A stretch of 64,000 nucleotides of DNA, from contig CM082593.2 of NCBI GenBank assembly GCA_040954595.2, positions 4,915,434 to 4,979,433 on the forward strand. The letters run 5' to 3'. Origin of the DNA: Balanoglossus misakiensis (Eukaryota > Animalia > Hemichordata). The translations under genes and the position numbers were made by a program. Shown here in pieces: positions 27,501-40,603 of the stretch. Position 1 is the first letter of the stretch. Each line of letters begins with the position of its first letter. A model generated the notes under the pieces. That model was not told the DNA's origin. It saw only the letters and a list, made by a program, of their open reading frames with translations, and did not search any database.

Positions 27501-29658
27501 GGAAATTTTCGACTACACAAATGTTGAAGTACGGGAGAGATTACATAGATTTCTTTGTTAATGGTGTTAATTTGCGCTTGGATCTCATTTGATCTCAGTG
27601 TTCGTGGCATCCAGTTTTTGATTTGGATGAATGTAATTTGTCAGTAGTTGCTTTTATCTTTAATGACGGGAGATGGATAAAATATGGGATCATTAGGGGC
27701 TGCGATTTGCTTATGTGGTATGATGTCATCACCAACTGTTTTGTTGAGATGCTAGTCACCAGAGTCTGCAAGCTGCAGATGGTGTCTCAGACTTCACCTT
27801 TCCCGACCAAAATTCTGTCACTGATATTTCCAGAAATTCATTCATTATCCACATTTGTTTGTTTGAAATTGCCATGTGCGACATTAACCAGAAACGAATC
27901 CTTATAGGATAAGACATGAAATTTTATATACATGTAACATGGTTTATAATCAACATTGAAATCATGGGGCAATATTTGATTGTAATCTTATTCAAAATGA
28001 GGTAATAGTTGTGAAATATTACACACCTTGACCCTAATTATTATATTTCATTGATTACTACAGTTGGACTTAAGTAAATCTTTGCTTTCCATAGATATTG
28101 ACTTCTTCGCGTGGGTGATTTTTTTCCATCATTGTATTATCCCACTTTGCTCATCTGTATGCCGGATTATTGATTCACTGGGAGATTTCCTCCAATCCGG
28201 TTGTGATGGAGCGTGCTTTTATGGCATGCAGCATTAGGATTAAAAGGGAAAAGTCGTCCATTTTTTTCAGTTTTTGACTTCAAGTGAAAACAGTCTTCCA
28301 CACCTTTTTGTTGTCAGTTCATAATTTGAAAGAACTCTTTCTATGTTTTGACAAAAAGTAATAAATGTGATTATGACTTCTCCCACCCCTGATTGTGTTT
28401 TGACCACCCAGAATGCATTGTTGTGCTAGATGTCTTGAACTTATTTGCACTGTGTGTGATATTACATTAAAATATGGAGTGAAATCGCTACAGGAATGAA
28501 GATACGCAAGCATGCACCTTAAATTAAAAGACTACTATAAAAGCTAAAAACACATCAAATGGTGTATAAAGGAAAGGACTGATGTCTGACTTGTGTGTTA
28601 TTATAAAGACATGACTTAATTATACATGTACATAAAGATAAAGAGATTGTCATTATTCAGACTCAGAGATGAATATATTTCTTTTTCTGTATAATTGCCC
28701 GAAGTTGCATACATAAATTTTTCGTCTGACTACAATGCTGGCCGGCGACATAAAAGCTTGGCTTTCCTTCTATCGCCACAAAACACATACACAAAAAACT
28801 GAGCAAAGCTGCCATTGTTACAATATGTCAACAATCCTGGGGGGATGTAATCATACAGCAATATCAAAAGCGAGATTATGAAATTATCGACGAGTCAACT
28901 CCGTCAATACGCAGCGCTATTGTGCGGGGGGTTTTCAGACAGCATTGTGTTTTTGGCAGTGCTGGGTTTAATTGGCAATGACGAGAAAAGAATACCTGCA
29001 TCTATTGTGGTTGAGTGACTTTTATAATATGATGTTGTTGATAGGTGAGGTCAACTTGGGTAGATGCTGGTTTTTTTTCGCTTGGTGTATTCTAAGACAG
29101 AGTGCTAGTTGCACTTTTAGCTGTTCATGTTGTATGTTCAAGATTCTGACAAATATTCTCGAGAATGTTTGTTGAAAAAAAGATGTTATTCTGTTCAGTA
29201 AATACATGTATTTGGTGAAGGGCCTTTTTTAACTTCCAAATTTGACCTGTATATCCATTACAGGCTAATAGTTGCATGTCCATACTATTTCATGTGTTTA
29301 GTCTGAGCACTAGTGTTTGACGAAAAAAGAGAGTAATAGTGTTGATTTTACGAAACTCAATTTGTTAAAAGATGAGTTTATTAAGAGCGTTCAACAGAAA
29401 AGTCCAAACGTATTTGTCAACACGTACTGTCAAACCATTTTAGTCATTCCCAGGGTATTAATATTTAGTATTCCCCCACAATGTGAATCAATTTGTGATA
29501 TTAGGTCACTACACAAAGAAAATACATGCCTAGTAATCCATACTAAACTCAGACCGATGCATTTATGCATAATTTAAAGAGAACCAGCTTGCTTGTCGGT
29601 GCTGGTAGCAGATATTGCCCACCCTCAAAGCTCAGCCTGCCATCCCCCTGTTCGTGAA

Positions 29659-29827
29659 ATGGTACAGGCCACGTCACCGTTTTCATCGACTGTAATTTTG
29701 TACGTTGTCGATCAATTGAAGCCGTGTCTGCTGATGCCGTTGCACTACTATGGGGATACTCCGCTTGCAAGCAGCATAGCACCAACGACAGAATGCGGCA
29801 ACGTGTCTGGGTTTTTGCAGAGGTCTT
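29659..29827 (+). CDS. Candidate alternative first coding exon of DLG5 (in-frame ATGs at 29659 and 29734; ...MPLHYYGDTPLASSIAPTTECGNVSGFLQRS)
   Basis: CpG-rich open frame ending at a gtgagt donor in phase 1. Confidence 0.4.
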
Positions 29828-31075
29828 GTGAGTTGGAAATGTGTCGTGGTTTGAGCCAAAAGTTGTCATCGTTTCGGTTTCCATGGTAGTGGTTAGTTAA
29901 CTTCCTTTTTTTTGAGGTTATCTCTTACAGTTATATGTACAGCAAGGACGGAACCCCCAAAATTTGTATCACTGTATTGTAGTTTTCAAATTTTGTTTAA
30001 GATCCAGTTTCCTGCGAGGTCGGATTTAAAGTAGTAGAGGCTTGCAAATATTTGGTATTTAACACTGTTCCCTTGAATTTTTATTTTGTGTTGTGTGCCG
30101 ACATATAGGTAGGCAATATTGGTTTCAGGTGAGCTGGAGTGTAAAACAAATAGAAATTTGGAACGAGGAAATTGGTAAAAAATTGTGTCGGCGCTTGTGG
30201 AATTCAGCCAACGTTAAAATGATATCACTGGTTGATGGTTCATTCAGGAAATTGATTTAGATTTTTTTCATCACCAGATGAACATTGGTAGATGAGGTTT
30301 TCTGTTTTCATAAATAGCAAATTTGGGATTTTTTTCCTGTCGGACTTCTTTGCTTGGAGTGTTCATTGTTCGAAGAAAAATATGGATTTTATTTTTATCC
30401 AAAAATGAGCTAAATATGAAATTTTGTGGCTAAGATACCAGCTTGTTCCACAACTTGGTGCATGACGCTTTAAGGTAAAACAGAGAAAAATCGCTGTTTC
30501 TGAGGGAACCTGACTGTCCTTATAATATTACTGTAAAAATTGGTGACTTACAGTTATAGTGCAGTATATCAGAACATGTTAAAAGGTAGAAAATTGTATT
30601 TTGAATAATATGTTTATAAATAGCTTGTTCAGTTCCTGCTGGTAGTTTGCACAGCTCACAGTCACAATCTGTACTTTGGACATCTTTTGGTTAAAAATCA
30701 TAAATTTCAGCAAAGGGTATATTATTTTCTGTTAATCGTTTAGAAGGTGGCTTTTTATAGGAAATTGACACCTGCTGTAAATTTCGACTTGTTGGCCAAT
30801 TTGCATTTATTTAGCAGCTTTGAAATTAAAATTAAGTGGAGGTTTTGTGAATTAATATTTGATTGTCTGTACATTAACATAATTAGCAATTGATGTTGAG
30901 CCGGAAGGTAGTCACTGGAGAGCAAACATCGCCGTGGTTATGCCAGGGTTTAGTTTTGAGATATTTCTACCTGAGTTGGTGCGGTTAACCTGTCGTGGGA
31001 TTAGTTCGGGATTCTAATCTCCCGTCTCGGAGCTGGAAGTGTGAAATTTGGTCGGCGGATATTGCAACCAACAAC

Positions 31076-31202
31076 ATGGCACTCAGCAAGAGCACGAAAT
31101 CTCCTACCAGCAAGCGCCGTGTGGACTTCATGAAACTTTTCCTGCGTCGAATCCAGCCATTCTATTTCATTGAATTAGCTGGGGATCCCGCCAACCAAAG
31201 AA
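31076..31202 (+). CDS. Candidate alternative first coding exon of DLG5 (MALSKSTKSPTSKRRVDFMKLFLRRIQPFYFIELAGDPANQR)
   Basis: Strong start context aacaacATGG, 42 open codons, gtaggt donor in phase 1 matching the 35202 acceptor, CpG-rich patch. Confidence 0.55.
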
Positions 31203-34200
31203 GTAGGTATCATTAACATTCACTGTTATGATGAGGTCTGTCTTTGTGAAAATTCTGACATCAAATATATTTCACTTTGTTAACCGCAGTTTCCTGTATT
31301 TTTTAATGTAATAATCATAGTAATATTTCTCACAGGAGGGAATCTTTGTCTTTTGTTGTTAAAAAATTCATGAGTGGTATCAATGTGGATTGGACAGATA
31401 TTTAGTGTTGATATGTTATTTAAACGTTATGAAATAATTCTCAAAGTGTGAAAAACCATGGAGACACATTAAGGATCAAATGTTTTTTTCAATGATGGAG
31501 AGGTACTTGCAACTGTTGGTTGCCTGTCAAAGTGATAACACATCTATCAAGACAGAATGGGCAAACAATCAGTTCTCAAAAAATGCAATAAACCAAGTTA
31601 TACGCCATAAAATGGTTTTCAAATCTGAATTTGCAGCTAATTTTACTTTGACAGTACCCTGCAGTTTGGGTCAAGGCTGTTGACAAAGATGACACAGCTA
31701 TTAACCACGCGTTCGTCCAACACCCCATAGTGGCTTTCTAATATTTCATATCTAAAAATGGTCGAGGTCACCTGATATCAAGCCGAGGTGAAATATCTTA
31801 TGAATCTTATTTTTAGGAAGATTGCTCTGTCGTTTGTCGGGATGATGGCACATTCCTGTCGAGAAACTAAAGATGCCTTGCCCACAAAAGTCAATCATCT
31901 GTCTTACCAGTATCAGAAGATGCTGCAGGCCTTAATTTGAAAATTCAAATTAAATACTGTGAGATCTGGAGATATGTAACATATTTCTATTTATTGATGA
32001 ACTGGAGGAATGGATATTGCTATGAACTTTGAACTCTGAACTCTGTCAGACTCATTTTAACTTCTCATAAAGTCATACATGTAGTTTTCCAAGTCTTCTT
32101 GCAGAAATTTCATTTTGAGGTCTAAACAAGTTCAGTTGCTTCTTATGCGAATTGATGTGGTAGGTTTTGGTTTGAATCATGTCAAAAACAAATCGATTTG
32201 CTGACTACTTGATTGGCTGTAGATAAGTCATGACTTTTGACTGAAAATAACAGGTTTTATCATTTCATACTTCTCTCCAGATTACTTAGTAACTTAGCAA
32301 CCTTAGAAATTTGGTCAATATCCTAGTTACGAGTGGTGTAATCACTTAATTATAATCACTGATAATTGGCACGCTGTGGGGGTGGTATAACCAAGGCAAT
32401 TCGAAAAACCATGTGGTATTCATGTTTGTCCCTTTTACATGAAATGAAGCCATCATATTTGACTAGTGTTGACGTCATCATGATAACTCAATACAGAAAT
32501 CATGAATTATTTTGTTTAAAAGATAATGGAGTCCACCTGAGGTTCCAAATTGTCTGTGTCTTGGGATGTGCTGGCTAATTTCTTACATTATTACCCTGAG
32601 CAATTATATTAGAACAATCCGATTGGCTCACAATGCTTCATCCATGTAATCAACTCCCTGACTGACCAATCAGAGAAGACATACTGTTGGTTTCTCTCCA
32701 GTCTATCTTTTCATCACACATGGCGAACACAAGGTCATCAGGAAAAAAAATTGTCCATGGCAGATATTTTTAAGAAATTAAACTATTTATACATCTGAAG
32801 GTAAACCTTTTGAGTACTGATATTGAAGAGGAGTGTAGTTTTTAACTGATCATGTTGAACAGGAAGTGTGCAAATATTGGAGTTTTTGTACAGACGTACA
32901 ACCGGTAATTACTTTTGTACCGACCAGATAGCACCACTGCGTAGTGACTTTCTAAAAACTCAATTACCCCGCCATGTGATACTCGGTTAAGTATTCTTTG
33001 GGAAAAGATGATTGAATTATACGATATGGGAATTCATTAACCTTGCACTGCCTTCAACCATCAATCTAGCAAAGTGAGCGTTGCTAAAAAATTTATTACA
33101 AATTTAGACCTTCAGAAATGCAGACAGTGTTTGCATTCCATCATAACAAAAAATGGATTGACTTTTTTCCAGTAGCGAAGTTAGATCGATGTTTTACTGC
33201 ACGTCAATGATACATTTCAGCACTTGTCTCGCGGGACTTCTCAAAGCTTTTCTGATGTGAATGGAAAATTTTCCAATTGAGTTAGTGCTATCATGAGTGA
33301 AATGTTGGCACGTCAGATGAAAAAGCTCAGTGGACTCAACTGGTTTAGTGTTTGTTTTGTTAAAGCAGGTCTGTGCCCATTTCTACGAAACTTAATCAAA
33401 TTCATGCCGACCTAGGTTCAAACTGCATTTTGTGGACCTTTGTGCCAGGAAAAAAAATGATTTCTTCCACAGCCTGTGTAATTTACGATCAGGAGATTAT
33501 TTGAAAATTAATGAAACAGAACTATCAGTAAAACCACTTCTGCATTTTAATTTCATATTTGCACTTTTTAGAATTTTAAAATTTAAAGCTGCAGTAGAAC
33601 GAGACATGGAAAATCGAAAGCAGACAGGAAGTAGTTGAATGAAAACCTTGCTTTACAATGTCTGTTTTCCAATAAAAGTGTCTCTGTATTCGCGTGTGTG
33701 TTTTCACACAAAAAAGCATTGAGTATGAAGATGTGGAACATTGATATGAAAATAAAATCAGCTATTTATGGAAACTGGTCAGAAGCACAATTATACTCAG
33801 CAACAGCAGTGAACTGATCACGCCTGAACACAACCTGGTGTGCAGAAGATAATTATGGCTCATCTAGTACACGTTAAATGAATACGGGGACAGGGTCATC
33901 GTGCATGGGCAGATGGATTGTGTTTTTATATGAACGTTTAGAAATAGAATCAGAAATAGCCGTTGACAAAGCATGTCCATGAAAAAAGATGAATGTACAA
34001 TATGTCCCTCAAATTTGGTGGAAAATACATCATGAACTTATGTTTGATGTATAAACCTTTGTCCTGGAAGCACTTTTAGTGTTATTCAGCGATGGATGTA
34101 AGCATTTTGACATGAAGAATAAATGCAGTTATTAGAAAAAAAGATTGCGTGATTGCACAATTTTGGGGCATTGTTATTATGGGACAAGGCAGGTCAGAGT

Positions 34201-35201
34201 AGGTGTTCGAACCACTTTGTATTTTACAGAAAATAATGGCAAGCTTGCGTAAAATCATAATAGTTTTCATTGTGATATTGACATCCAGTTTATGTTGCTA
34301 AATTGATGAAATTAACAGTCGAGCAGTGTCGGACAAATGAGAAAGCATTGTGAAACCAAAACTTAAAATGTTGAAAGCACTTTAAATTCCATTACTGTTT
34401 TGGTGGCATTACCGACTGACAATAAAACCAGGAAATGCATTTGAAAGCAACATAACATGAATAGCACCTAAGTGGGGCAGACCTTTGTGGTTACAACTGG
34501 TTACATTATAGACGCTGCTTTTTTCATTTCCGTCCAGAAAATTCTGCTATAAATATTGCTATGGTAACAAGTGCAAAAATAACCCTGGAGTAACCGAAGC
34601 ATCTAGACATATGGGGGTTGTTAAACTTACATTGGCATGGTTGTGAAAATGTTACAAATTCACAATTCAGCAGACAAAAGAACAGACATTTTCTTGTTTT
34701 TGTGGCTGTTGCTACTAAATTGAATTTTGTAGTAATTTATAAGCTGAAGTGGTGTGAAGAAGTAGACATATTATGTATGGGCGTTGTCTGTACAGGTGTT
34801 ATGTTGTACAATATGCAGATGAATGATTGTACGCTTGTTGGATACAATAACACGATGGGGTAAAACGGTAGCTGGTAAGTGGTATGAAGTGGTCTTGAAC
34901 GGTTTCTTTTGATTGGTGTTCTAACTGTTGCAAAAGCAAAGAGGTAGGTGCATGTATGTGTGAGAGACCTTCTGGTGCTTTGAGAGATTTGAAGTGAGAG
35001 AATGTGTCTGCATAGGCATGTGTGTGTTAAGTATGGCGTATTTGTATACATTCACGTGTGTGTGAAATTTGCATATATTACATTTATGGTTAAAAAGGTG
35101 TGACATCCCTGATTCATCAATGTCATTCGATAAACTATGCTTATAGTTCAAAGTTATCCTAATCGTGAATCAATATATCTATTTCCCTTTCATCTCGCAA
35201 G

Positions 35202-36777
35202 GTCCTAGACTAGTGATGTCTGCTGGCCACGATCTGTGTCAAGAAAACTTGCGTCTGCTCAAAGCCGAGTTTAAACTTGTGACCGATGAACGTGATCAGT
35301 ACAAGAGCGAGCTTGACCACTACAAACGCCGAGCAATGCAACAACAGAACAGCGGGAGTGTGGGCAGCATGGGAAGCGTGGATGAGACGGGTACGTCTGG
35401 ACGGAAGCGCGACAACCATTCCAGTAGAGACTACGATCGGTTGAAAAACGAATGTCAGAAAGCCAAAAAGGACTTGGAATCACTGAACAACAGGTACATG
35501 GAGATCAGTAGGAAGTGTAAAAGTTACGCCAGTGCATGTGAACGACAGACTAAAGAGCTGCGCTCATTTGAACAAGAGTGTTTTGATCTAAAGAATGAAA
35601 AACGACGAGCACAGCAGGAAATTGTCGATTTAAAACAGCTACATGAGGATGATAAACGTGAGCTTAATTCACTGCGAGAAATGATTAATCAGAGAGGTTC
35701 CTCTGAGGTCTTGAATAAAATGTATGACACTGCACTTGAAAAGTATGAAGGAATGAAGAAAAGTTACGACGAACTTCGTCGGCGGTATTTAGACAAAGAT
35801 GAAGAGTTGTTACGCATGCGATCAAAACTGGAAACGTCACAACAGGAACATGAACAACTGATGAAAGAGTTTGGCGAAACAAGGCAGAGGTTCACATCGA
35901 TGATTCTCAGTCGGGATGAGTTGCTACGGGAACGGGAGCGTGAAAGAGACGAGTGCAAGAAAGCCCAGCGCAAGGCGGAGCAGAATCGCAATGACCTCAT
36001 GAAGGAGATTGAGAACGCCAGGACTGTGATGGTGCAGGCTAAGAAAGACCTTGCCCGGGTCACCATGGAGCGCAACGATGCAATACAAGAGTATTCCAGG
36101 GTCATGAGTGAGCGTGACGTGGTGCATAAGGAGATTGACGCGTTGCAAGATGAAGCTCAGGGGGAGAAGCGGAAAAGACAACAGCTGGAGGAAGAGAAAG
36201 GTGCCGTGATGAGGGAACGTGAAGCGCTCAAGGAAGAGTTGAACGCGATCATGAAAGACCGCGATCAAGTCTTCCGACATGTGCGAGATTTGGACAAAAG
36301 ATTTGCCGAAATTAGTACTGACAAGTTTGAAGTACTGAAGGAGAGGGACGAGGCATTGAAGGGTTTTGAGAAATTTCGATACGAGCGTGACATTGCTCGC
36401 AGAGAGAGGACCGAAGCCATGGAAGAGCGGGACAAAATTTTGCGCGAGTGTTACGATGTGAAGCAGCTCCAGCAGTCTGCGTCCACTAACTTTGAGCACG
36501 CTCATAAAAGGATTGAGAATTTGAGGAAAGAGGTCGAGAGGTTACAGGAAGAGTTGAAGGAGGCCAATCAGGAGGCGGAGATCGCGAAGCAGCGTCGCGA
36601 TTGGGCCTTCAGTGAAAGGGACAAAATCGTACAGGAACGCGAGAGCATCAGGACTTTGTGTGATAAGTTGCGCAGGGAGAGGGATCGTGCAGTGAGCAAG
36701 CTAGCCGAAGCCATGCGTGACTCCGATGACATAAATCGGTTGAAGAATGTTGCAACCAAGGAGCTCAAAGATGTACG
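35202..36777 (+). CDS. DLG5: DLG5 coiled-coil exon
   Basis: 538-aa ORF of E/R/K-rich heptads, including RRDWAFSERDKIVQERESIRTLCDKLRRERDRAVS. Donor CG|gtgagt at 36778. The acceptor (aag ending 35201) is less certain. Confidence 0.92.
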
Positions 36778-39085
36778 GTGAGTATTGCATTACCCTATTG
36801 ATAGTATTTGCAATGTTTTGCAATCGTCTATATATACTACATGCACGAGGAATATTGATAGCAAGTGAGTTATTTGGTTGAGTATTTTAAACTGTTATTT
36901 GTATAACTGAAGAACTTACGTTACCTAAAATAAATTACCCCATTAAGTGTGATCAATTTTCGAAGGTATGTTTTTATTTGATTGATTTCTTTAATTGAGC
37001 CTGCAAGCGAAGGTACTGGGGCTGACATTGTCCAATTTTGTGGAACTACAGTACTTGAATTTTTTATATATAACACCTCAAATGCAGGAAGTAGTGTAAT
37101 ATACATGTAAAAGCAGTCATATTTTAGATTGTTTTATTGTATGTAGTCTGTAAACAATGCTGAAAATGCACATAAAGAGCTGAATATGCATAGAAGAAGA
37201 TGGACTGTACATAGACACAGAAAGTTACCAGGAAATTGGCTGACAGTGATGAGTGATATAGGCTAGCAAGATTAACCAGCATTGCTTGTACGATGGCCGA
37301 GATGTCAGGGAGATTTTACAGAGTTTATGCATCACAGCAGGAGATTGACATCTCCATTAAGTGGAAAGTTTGTTTAAGTGAGGAAGTGCATCGGTAGGAA
37401 GGAATATCGAAACCAGACATCAGCAATTTACAGTGGACTGAGTCGAACTCTAGTCAGTTGTAAAATTACTGAATTGTCGTCAGACACTTTAAAAGTAGCG
37501 TTTTAGAGTCAGTAGTAAAAGCATCGGTCAGGGCAAAGTGTTTTCTGTGCACCTGAGAGCCATCTGCATTCTTCTGCTGTTGGACAGACAGCTATCACGG
37601 AAATACATGTGATTTAGACATCTGTTGGCATGAGATGAAAAGTACTTGACTGTGTGGTTTATCGGCGAGACAGGCACAGTAAATGCATGACTTGCAGCTA
37701 TAGTTTTCCTCAAAAGATTTTGAAACGTCGGTTTTTTCATCTACATATATTCTGAAGTCTTGTTGCCCTAACAACCATCACATCTGAAGTATCTTGCATC
37801 CTTTTTTTGGGGGGGGGGGAGAAATTGGTATTCATGGCAATACACAACTTGGTGTGAAAACTGACAGTGTAGAATCACGTACTGTATTTTAATGTGAGAA
37901 ACTCAAATGTCAAGTATCATTATAACCCACTTGGAATCATTACAAAATGAGTGAGTGGCCTTCGGTGCAATTAATCATAAAATTTATTACACAAAAAAGT
38001 TCATTATAGCATGTTTTATTGGTTATTATGAATTTTACAACTGTCCTATGATGTGGACTGTGCATTACATACAGAATCAGTAGTAACCACATGTGGTGAC
38101 ACTGTGGTTTATGATCGGCATGACAGGCCTCGAAAAATTAAGTGGTTTCACATGAACCATCACTACTAAAAGTAGCGAATTTTTATCAGCAAAAATCTAA
38201 TTATGTTTATCTAATCAAGTCATATTAAAAACAAATGAATGAGATCTTATTTCTGCTGCCACAAAGGGAATTGCAATCTTGGTAGTGTTATCTTAGATGA
38301 TGGAATGAAATTCGGTGCAGACACACCTGTGCCCTGTTTTGTGAGTTTGCCCCACGGGAGTTTAGAACACACTATGTGTCATAAATTAAATTTCCATAAT
38401 TTCATTGTTAAAGAGATGAAACACTTTAAATTGTGAAGTTCAAAGCCCTGAAAACTGGTCATGCATCAATAATTCCACCTGTTTAACCATATTTTAGAGC
38501 TCGGCCTGTGTATGTACTGTTTTTTTCACGGTTTTTACTTGGTGTTCCCTGCTGTGTGTTTTACAGCACATCACTGATTAGGTTGGCAAGCTTGAAAAGA
38601 ACAGAAAATTAAGATAAAATGATGGAAATTTTCATTTCAATACAAATGTTGATTGATGTGTCAATCATTCATGAGATGAGCAATAACGATTGATATTCAA
38701 AGGATTATAGATTCATCTATTATGCAAATTAAGAAATTTTAAAATGAGGTTGTGAAACACAAATTAAAACAGGTATCAGGTTTTCTTTGTCCTGGGATAT
38801 ATTTCCACATAGCTGTCAATTCACAGTGTGATATTGGTAAAGGGATCTTTGTGTACAATGATTTTATTATGGAGACCAGCTGGAGGTGGGGCTGAAGTCT
38901 CTGCCATGTTATACTTGAAAAATTTGAGTTAGGATCATTGAAAACACACATGTGTGGTAAAAGTACTTTCAAAGCATAGGAGCAAATACATGTACATCAT
39001 CAGCACATATACATATGTCAGTTTTCTGTTTAACCATAGGAATCACGTTTTTTTTTCTCATTTAATTTTATAAAATATTTTACAG

Positions 39086-39218
39086 AGAAAAGCTCCATGA
39101 ACAGGAAGAAAAAGAGAGTCGTATGAAGCAGCTGATTGCTCATCAGAGCCGGGATTCTGCAATTGATGCTGATTCCGGGGAATGGGAAACGGAGACTGTG
39201 GAGCTGGAAACAGAGAAG
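39086..39218 (+). CDS. DLG5: DLG5 exon (EKLHEQEEKESRMKQLIAHQSRDSAIDADSGEWETETVELETEK)
   Basis: tacag acceptor, gtaatc donor, phase 2/0, DSAID-x-DS-x-EWETE motif. Confidence 0.92.
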
Positions 39219-40481
39219 GTAATCAAATCAGAGAATAACCAGCAGGTCTTATCTTTCAAGTATTTTCAAGTCTGAGGCGGGGTTTTGTCAACCTGATTTT
39301 GCGGTGGTGTGGCTGTTAAAACGCTCACTTCCTACATACACATGTATGTCATCGTTATAACAACACTTGCAGCAAATTTTGGTGCAGTGAGATTTTACAA
39401 TTTTGGAATTTCAGAACTGTCCAAAAATGAGCTACATCCCTATTTTTGTCATGTGTTACCAACACATGACATTTATTTTAAAAATTCAAATTTTATGTCA
39501 AAATGATACCGATCATCACAAGATTTTTTTAGCTTATTTTGTCTATATGCACTCTTTACTGTGATATCATTTTTCGCTTGCATAAAATTGTCGAAAATCA
39601 AATTGTGTTGATCTATTGCGTTAGTTGCCTGCTTGCACGATATAGTTCAGAGATCTCTTCCTGCACTGGTATCATTTGCACCGACATGCTGTGAGCTGAG
39701 CTGGCGAGATGCAGGCAAGTCAGTGACCAGTGTGAAAATACGGGGGGAAAAACGATGTCAGACTACTAAAGTAAACTCTGGAACTCAAGCCCTGCCAGTT
39801 CCGAGACCCCTGTGTCTGATTTCAATCGGCTTTTAAATGGGATCAAGCTTTCTCAGCAAAAGCCAGGCACGCTAATTGGAAAATGGGATCAGTCTGCAGT
39901 CGTTGGGTGCATGGAAAGTAGTTGTTGAAGATGTCAGGCTGCAGAAGAGAAGCGTTAGCAGAGGCTTGATCTGTATGTCAGTGGCGTCCATTAGCCAGGG
40001 TTTCTCAGACTGGGCATAATCCAGTTCGCCTGATTGGCTATTGTCATGGGATTTTACGGAAAGTATCTTTTCTGCCTTCGTGTTTTCAAATCAGGAAGTT
40101 GCATACATACAAGCGATTGTGCCTCGCAGTGGAGTAATAATAACCTGTAAAATCCGATGTCTCACTGACTCTTGTAGGACTTTTGGTATAAAATCGTTTG
40201 TCTCTGATGGCCATATCACACCACGGCAAGCGATACTTTAGCAGTAGCTTTTAATAAACCTTCATCAGTTCACGAGACCTTTGCAGCAAGCAGACAGGAT
40301 CTTACAGTGTCTGGTCACCTGATACTGCCGTTTTATTTTGAAACTTTGCCGGGTATACCTTTACAAAGTAGTCTGACCTGTCAGAGAATTTCCAGAGGAC
40401 TGGGTCACCTCAAGGTCATTCAGCCAGGTCACCAAATCACAACCCTAATTTCCTTTTGGTTTTGTCTCCCTCTCCTTCCAG

Positions 40482-40603
40482 GACAATGTCGCTAATTTGG
40501 GATTTGAGATCGGAGACGCCAAGGAATATCCGCAAAGTCCCGACGACTGTTCTATCTATGTTACTAAAGTGAATAAAGGCAGTATTGCTGATGGCAGACT
40601 GAA
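40482..40603 (+). CDS. DLG5: DLG5 PDZ1, first half
   Basis: LGFEIG...DCSIYVTKVNKGSIADGRL; ccag acceptor, gtaagt donor, phase 0/2. Confidence 0.92.

Noticed and set aside
35210-36768. Minus-strand ORFs up to 193 aa
   Set aside because: Antisense shadows of the DLG5 coiled-coil exon.
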